Positions 58,112-64,000 of a DNA stretch of 64,000 nucleotides are shown piece after piece (position 1 is the stretch's first letter; the number at the start of each line of letters is the position of its first letter). The notes beneath the pieces were generated by a model. It had not been told where the DNA came from, did not search any database, and saw only the letters and a program-made list of their open reading frames with translations. Source of the stretch: an uncultured bacterium (GTDB taxonomy: Bacteria; Patescibacteriota; Minisyncoccia; Moranbacterales; UBA2206); the NCBI GenBank assembly GCA_903831805.1, contig CAIKZD010000009.1, positions 8,786-72,785 of the forward strand, given 5' to 3'. Both the position numbers and the translations under genes were made by a program.

Positions 58112-58804
58112 ATGACTGAAAGTGCAAGAGTTATTAAAATTACGCCGAAAGCATATGCATTGATTAAATTTATCCAGTTGATGGAGGACGAAATACTTTC
58201 CTCTGAGGCGATGATTGATGTGGTCAATCGCGATCTTGCCGAGAAAAATATATCCGCCAATAATATTCAAGAGATGTTACGGAGGATAATGCCTATCAGT
58301 CATCAGACTGAACTATCCAGTCTAAATCCGGGCGAAGACTCTTTTGAGGGATTGAATCTCACGCGTATAGCGATGGATCTTTCCAATGAACTCACTGAAT
58401 ATATCAAACGAAACTATTTCGGTGATTCATATTCCCAGATAGTTGCATCCTTGAATAAAGGAGATATGGCAACTCAACGGAAACTCGAAAAACTATTGGA
58501 GGCGGTCGCGCAACTCATGGATTGCGGACATTCTTTTGAAGATATTACAATATTTTTCATTCCGGCAAACATAACTTCGGAGCAAGGAGTGCGACAGTCC
58601 TTATGTGAGGGTTGGCATGACTTCATCGAAAATATTTTTGCCGGGACGTTGCAATATGAAACTTTGCTGGATGATCGTTTCCGACAAGGGGAAAACCCCA
58701 ACGATCTTCTCGAAGACCCTAAAATCGTGATGATGGGCGGAGCAGAAGTGCGATTAAATGGGATATTGGCACACACGCAGGGACTCAGGTCTTTTCCGAG
58801 ATGA
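58112..58804 (+). CDS. hypothetical protein
   Basis: 230-aa ORF. Confidence 0.5.
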   Translation: MTESARVIKITPKAYALIKFIQLMEDEILSSEAMIDVVNRDLAEKNISANNIQEMLRRIMPISHQTELSSLNPGEDSFEGLNLTRIAMDLSNELTEYIKRNYFGDSYSQIVASLNKGDMATQRKLEKLLEAVAQLMDCGHSFEDITIFFIPANITSEQGVRQSLCEGWHDFIENIFAGTLQYETLLDDRFRQGENPNDLLEDPKIVMMGGAEVRLNGILAHTQGLRSFPR

Positions 58805-58821
58805 ATGACGATTTCGTCCTT

Positions 58822-58870
58822 AGGCTGGCTCCGGGAGATTCTCCTTGAGCCGGCCTCTTTTTTTATTTTT
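58822..58870 (+). terminator. rho-independent terminator (long imperfect stem plus T-run)
   Basis: aggctggctccgggag...ctccttgagccggcct followed by ctttttttattttt. Confidence 0.65.
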
Positions 58871-58916
58871 CCCCTTATGTTATAGTAAAAATAGTAAAAA
58901 ATGAACATTTTGTATT

Positions 58917-60242
58917 ATGCTAGACATCAAATTTATCCGTGAGAACGCGGAGGAAGTTAAAAAAGCGATTAAGAATAAAAATATTGAGTTGGATCTTTCC
59001 GCGCTTTTGGCCATGGACGAAAAAAGAGTGGCGGCTTTGCAAGAGATTGAAAAATTAAAGGCAGAAAAAAATATCCTGAATGATAAAATAAAATCAGCTA
59101 AAGACGATGCTGAGAGGAAGGCACTTATCGCGCAGGGTACGGCCGTGAAAGAAAAACTGGCCAAAGTCGAGCCGGAATATGAGACGATTAAAAAACAATT
59201 TGATGAGCTGATGGTTTTGGTGCCGACTATTCCGTCGAGTGACACGCCGATTGGGAAAGATGACAGCGGCAACGTGGAAGTCTATCAAAAAGGTGACATT
59301 TCAAAATTTGCTTTCACGCCCAAGACGCATATCGAGCTGGCGGAAGCTTTGGACATCATTGATTTTGAAAAAGGTTCCAAAGTCTCGGGCTATCGCGGCT
59401 ATTATTTGAAAAATGAAGGGACGCTACTCGTCATGGCGCTCATGATGTATGCGCTCAACAAAATGGTGGAAAAAGGTTACGCGCCGATCATTCCGCCGAC
59501 GCTCATCAAGGGTTTTGCTTTGTTCGGCAGTGGCTATTTCAAAGGCACGGATTATGACAGTGCCTCGGATAACATCTATCAAATCGCCACGCGCGACAAA
59601 GAAATGGACGGCGCGGATTCGAAAGAGAAGAAATTCTTGGTGGGTACGGCTGAACCGTCGCTCTTGGCGTATTTTTCCGATGAGGTTTTGGATGAAGCCA
59701 AATTGCCGATGAAAGTTTGCGGATTTTCGCCGTGCTACCGCTCTGAGATTGGCGATTATGGTAAAGATAATAAAGGGCTCTACCGTGTGCATGAATTTTT
59801 CAAAGTGGAGCAAGTAGTAGTGTCCAAAGCGAATATTGAAGAGGCCACGGCTTTGCAGGAAGAGATGGTGGGCATTTCTGAAGAGATGCACCGGGAGTTG
59901 GGCTTGCCCTATCGTAAATTGCAAATTTGTACCGGCGATATGTCGGCTGGTAAGTTCCGTGCCTTCGATCTGGAAGCCTGGATGCCCGGCCTCAACCGTT
60001 GGGGCGAAACCGGCAGTGCTTCGAACTTTTTGGATTGGCAGGCGCGACGGCTGAACGTGAAATATAAAACGGCAGAAGGCGACAAGAAATTTGCCTATCT
60101 TTTGAACAACACTGCCTTGCCGTCTGTGCGGCCGCTCATTGCGATTTTGGAAAACTTTCAGCAAGAAGATGGCTCGATTGTCATTCCAGAAGTGCTCAGG
60201 AAATGGATGCCGGGCGGGATGGAAATAATTGAGAAGAAATAA
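58917..60242 (+). CDS. serS: serine--tRNA ligase
   Basis: 441 aa. N-terminal coiled-coil arm, class II core. Confidence 0.9.
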   Translation: MLDIKFIRENAEEVKKAIKNKNIELDLSALLAMDEKRVAALQEIEKLKAEKNILNDKIKSAKDDAERKALIAQGTAVKEKLAKVEPEYETIKKQFDELMVLVPTIPSSDTPIGKDDSGNVEVYQKGDISKFAFTPKTHIELAEALDIIDFEKGSKVSGYRGYYLKNEGTLLVMALMMYALNKMVEKGYAPIIPPTLIKGFALFGSGYFKGTDYDSASDNIYQIATRDKEMDGADSKEKKFLVGTAEPSLLAYFSDEVLDEAKLPMKVCGFSPCYRSEIGDYGKDNKGLYRVHEFFKVEQVVVSKANIEEATALQEEMVGISEEMHRELGLPYRKLQICTGDMSAGKFRAFDLEAWMPGLNRWGETGSASNFLDWQARRLNVKYKTAEGDKKFAYLLNNTALPSVRPLIAILENFQQEDGSIVIPEVLRKWMPGGMEIIEKK

Positions 60243-60261
60243 TTTTTAATAAAAAAACGAA

Positions 60262-60882
60262 ATGAATAAACTCAAAATCGTTGCGTTGGCGGCGGGCGTT
60301 CTGATGCTCGCAGGCTGTGGGAATAAGGTCGCGCAAAATGTGACCGAACAAAATACTGTGGACAATGTGAGTGCGCCTAAAGTGGAAGAAAAAAGTCCAG
60401 TGAGTGACGTGATCAATTCCATGAAAGATGCCATGCTGGCGGGGAAAACCATGAAATGTGATTACACGATCAAGGGCGCGGACGGAAAAGAACTGACCAC
60501 GAGCTCGTACGTGAACGGCAAAAAATATATGACCAGTATGGCAGTGGCGGGCAACATCCAGCACATGATTTTTGATGAAACAGCGATGTATTCTTGGACT
60601 GAAGGTCAGAAACAGGGTACAAAAATGACTATGGCTTGTACGCAAGAGTTGGCCAAAAATCTGCCACCCAAAGCTGACGCTGCTGTACCAGCCCCTGACC
60701 CGACTGGCGAAAAAACTTTTGCTAGCGCGACTAATGTCAGCTGCACGCCGGCCAACAACGTGGATTTCTCCATTCCGACCGAGGTGACTTTTTCTGATCA
60801 GTGCGAAATGATGAAAAATCTGACCAAAAATATCCCCAAGGGCATGCCGGCCAATCTGCCGACTAGCGCCCCGCAACTTTAA
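60262..60882 (+). CDS. hypothetical lipoprotein
   Basis: Lipobox LMLAGCGN. Confidence 0.5.
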   Translation: MNKLKIVALAAGVLMLAGCGNKVAQNVTEQNTVDNVSAPKVEEKSPVSDVINSMKDAMLAGKTMKCDYTIKGADGKELTTSSYVNGKKYMTSMAVAGNIQHMIFDETAMYSWTEGQKQGTKMTMACTQELAKNLPPKADAAVPAPDPTGEKTFASATNVSCTPANNVDFSIPTEVTFSDQCEMMKNLTKNIPKGMPANLPTSAPQL

Positions 60883-60929
60883 GGATCTTAACCCCTCCCT
60901 GACCCTCCCCTGATTACAGAGGAGGAGAA

Positions 60930-61448
60930 TTGAAAACTATGCAATGGATTGCGATCAGTGGAAGTTGGAGAAAATTTGACGCGCAAGTGGAGAAAGACGT
61001 GCGAGAGGTTGCGCGTGAGATTATTTCGCGCGGGAATGGAATCGTGTCCGGCGGCGCCCTGGGCGTGGACTATTTCGCGACAGACGAAGCGATGAAACTC
61101 AATCCGGCGGCGAATCAGATCAAGATTTTTTTGCCCGGGACACTGGAACTTTATGCGGCACATTGTGATGAGCGGATCGAGCGTGGCGATTTTACGCGCG
61201 AACAAATTGATGAGCTTATCGGCCAGTTGATAAAATTGAAAGAAGCAAATCCAAATGCGCTGATTGAAGACCGCGAGTCCTCAACTATTGATGGTGCGGC
61301 TTATGAAAAAAGAAGAGCAGCTATCATTGTGGCAGCGGACGCCGTGGAGGCTTTTCAAGTGAATGGGAGCGTTGGCACGCAAGATACGATCGATAAAGCA
61401 TTGGCGCGGGGGCTTGAGGTGAATAAGAGGGAATATACTATAGAGTAA
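60930..61448 (+). CDS. SLOG/DprA-like Rossmann-fold protein
   Basis: GIVSGGALGVDYFA glycine-rich motif. GAGGAGG Shine-Dalgarno. Confidence 0.45.
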   Translation: MKTMQWIAISGSWRKFDAQVEKDVREVAREIISRGNGIVSGGALGVDYFATDEAMKLNPAANQIKIFLPGTLELYAAHCDERIERGDFTREQIDELIGQLIKLKEANPNALIEDRESSTIDGAAYEKRRAAIIVAADAVEAFQVNGSVGTQDTIDKALARGLEVNKREYTIE

Positions 61449-61500
61449 ATATGGCATTTGCATCGTTAAGCTTTTACACTAGATTCCTGCCTACGCAGGA

Positions 61501-62757
61501 ATGACACATTCTATGCCAAAACAAAAACTAAAATTTCCGGACGGTTTTTTGTGGGGGGCGGCGACTTCGTCTTATCAGATTGAAGGCGATAATGTTAATT
61601 CGGATTGGTGGGAGTGGGAGCAGGCGGGGAAAACCAAAGATATTTCGGGCGAGGCGTGTGATTATTGGCACCGCTACGCAAGTGATCATGATTTACTTGA
61701 AGAGTTGGGCGTGGGACTTTTCCGCTGTTCCATCGAGTGGTCCAGAGTTGAACCAAGAGACGGTGAATTTTCGGATGAGGCTATCGGACATTATCGCCAA
61801 ATTTTTCAGGATTTGAAAAGAAGAAATATTAAAACCCAAGTGACGTTGTGGTGGTGGACCAGCCCGATTTGGTTCCAGAAAAAATATGGCTGGCACAATA
61901 AAAAATCTCCTGAAATTTTTGCGCGTTATGCTGAAAAAATGACCCAAGAGTTGGGCGATCTTATCGACATCTTCACCACATTCAACGAGCCGATGGTGCC
62001 GCTCGGACAAGGCTTTTTGGGCGGCATCTATCCACCCGGTTTCAAAAATCCGTACAAGTTCTGGCGGGCGGTAAACAATGTGGTGGCGGCTCATCGCGAA
62101 GCCTATAAGATTATCCATAAGATTAAGCCTGGCGCACCAGTCGGCATCACCTATCTTTACAATTGGTACGAATCGGAAGGGTTTGGTTTGTTATTAAATA
62201 CTATCAATCGCCTAGCGCAGTGGTACCGGATAGATTTTTTAGGTAATAAGATAAAAGGCTTTCAGGATTATGCCGGCGTGAATTATTACCGTTTGGGGAA
62301 AATAAAATTTAGTTGGAATAATTTTAAACTGGATTCTGCCAATCAAACCTATTTCGGTTTTACGATTGAAGAGGATAGGGATAATGTGATGAAATGGATC
62401 TCTTATCCAGAAGGGCTGTATAAAGTTTTAAAACAAGCCAGCGCCAAATTTCAAGTTCCGATATATATCACAGAAAACGGCGGACCGACCAGGAGCGGTT
62501 TGGAAGATAATGATCGAATAGAATATATCCGGCAACACTTAAGCTTTGTGCATCAAGCGATTTCAGAGGGAGTTCCGGTGCGCGGCTATAATTTCTGGTC
62601 GCTCATGGATAACTTGGAATGGCTATATGGCTACGAGCCGAAATTTGGCCTCATCGAAATGGACTACGAAACCCTGGAGCGCCATCCCAGGAAGAGTTTC
62701 TATGAATACGCTAAAATTTGCCAGAATAATGCAGTGGAAATTGATGTTAAAAACTAA
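61501..62757 (+). CDS. GH1-family beta-glucosidase
   Basis: FPDGFLWGAATSSYQIEG N-terminal signature, NEP acid/base, ITENG nucleophile. Confidence 0.85.
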   Translation: MTHSMPKQKLKFPDGFLWGAATSSYQIEGDNVNSDWWEWEQAGKTKDISGEACDYWHRYASDHDLLEELGVGLFRCSIEWSRVEPRDGEFSDEAIGHYRQIFQDLKRRNIKTQVTLWWWTSPIWFQKKYGWHNKKSPEIFARYAEKMTQELGDLIDIFTTFNEPMVPLGQGFLGGIYPPGFKNPYKFWRAVNNVVAAHREAYKIIHKIKPGAPVGITYLYNWYESEGFGLLLNTINRLAQWYRIDFLGNKIKGFQDYAGVNYYRLGKIKFSWNNFKLDSANQTYFGFTIEEDRDNVMKWISYPEGLYKVLKQASAKFQVPIYITENGGPTRSGLEDNDRIEYIRQHLSFVHQAISEGVPVRGYNFWSLMDNLEWLYGYEPKFGLIEMDYETLERHPRKSFYEYAKICQNNAVEIDVKN

Positions 62758-62794
62758 GATTTGACTCGATACTTGCAGATGATATAATGGATTT

Positions 62795-62980
62795 ATGAGA
62801 ATCACTAAATGCGATATTTGCAAAAAAACTTTGGTCAGAAATGGGGATGAAACCATTGTTTCGGTCGGAGTGTTTTTTAAGAGCTTTGATATTTGCCGCG
62901 ATTGTGCTGAGCCCGTACTAAAATTCCTTAAGAGCAAGAAATTGATTGAAGAAAATAAAAAACGAAAAAGCGCTAAATAA
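62795..62980 (+). CDS. small zinc-ribbon protein
   Basis: CDICKK...CRDC. Confidence 0.4.
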   Translation: MRITKCDICKKTLVRNGDETIVSVGVFFKSFDICRDCAEPVLKFLKSKKLIEENKKRKSAK

Positions 62981-63042
62981 TCACGAAAAACGCCTGATTA
63001 AGCTGGAAAAAATGTCCTTGGCAAGGGCCTGAAATTAAGCCC

Positions 63043-63070
63043 TTGACAACATTTTGTAGTTTGCTACAAT
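63043..63070 (+). promoter_or_regulatory. rRNA operon promoter TTGACA-16-TACAAT
   Basis: About 390 nt upstream of the 16S 5' end. Leader contains stems including a UUCG tetraloop hairpin. Confidence 0.55.
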
Positions 63071-63456
63071 GGGACATACGAGTTACATTTAATCTTTAAT
63101 TCCAAAAAAGGCAATTAAATAAACTCTCGAAAATCTTTTAAAACACTGAATGAAACAAAGATACATCTTTGTGTGTAATTAGTATTGCGCGCGAAGATGT
63201 GTTTTTTTGCTTGCCCCGTGCGAGTTTACGGGGTTCGTTCAAAGAGTATAAAAAGCAAGACCTTTAACAATTGCATAGTTTCTCTAAATCTCCACCTTTT
63301 GATTTAGAGAGACGAAATAATCACAATTTTTTGCGATTAGTCCTCGTCTGGTCTCGCTTCGGCGAGATTGGACAAACAAATAGAGTCTATTTCAAAATTA
63401 AGAAAATTTATTTTCTTTTCAACTAATATTTGGTGGAGTTAAATCCACTGAATCAT

Positions 63457-64000
<544 letters not shown>

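Overview
This 64-kb window appears to come from a small, streamlined bacterial genome, probably of the CPR/Patescibacteria type. The partial 16S rRNA at the 3' end carries CAGCAGCGG at the universal 515F site. There is a fermentative core of pyruvate:ferredoxin oxidoreductase plus an ADP-forming acetyl-CoA synthetase, and there are many small hypothetical proteins. Every confidently called gene (about 75 CDS, 3 tRNAs, 1 partial 16S) is on the + strand; the minus-strand ORFs in the track overlap well-supported + strand genes and look like shadows. Housekeeping content includes recJ, a P2-type ATPase, rnhA, a MacAB-like efflux set, porGDAB, rubrerythrin, prfB with its canonical +1 frameshift site (CTT TGA C), ftsEX, hrcA-grpE-dnaK-dnaJ, frr, rseP, mreBCD-PBP2, greA, lysS, serS and a GH1 beta-glucosidase. 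Accessory or unusual content is as follows. (1) A Type III restriction-modification mod/res pair is split by a 1-kb, AT-rich, three-gene insert: two paralogous small ORFs plus a possible HEPN-like ORF. It is followed by a hairpin-rich intergenic region and two unknown genes. (2) A tRNA-Thr-adjacent variable locus has nested duplications. Two diverged copies of a 145-aa hypothetical gene each precede an MKTYICEICGD start, which continues as a small ORF in the first copy and as rubrerythrin in the second. Two small ORFs that start identically to rubrerythrin are followed by a perfectly conserved promoter-terminator, sRNA-like tail. The locus also holds a remnant NYN-gene 5' end, an intact NYN-domain gene and a 525-aa acidic protein. 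(3) An IS200/RAYT-like HUH transposase sits between dnaK and dnaJ. It is flanked by REP/BIME-like GCGAACNGTCCGC palindrome clusters, and an inverted 120-bp copy lies 2.9 kb downstream beyond tRNA-Lys. (4) A 160-bp hairpin/MITE-like element with about 19-bp terminal inverted repeats occurs in two copies, each directly after a stop codon. (5) A 50-nt tRNA-Lys-derived pseudo-tRNA lies between a strong promoter and an intact tRNA-Lys. (6) There are unusual fusions: Nudix-GrpE, HisI-HisG next to a TrpR-like regulator, and ferredoxin-thioredoxin-like. Product calls rest on motif recognition by eye; no database searches were run.
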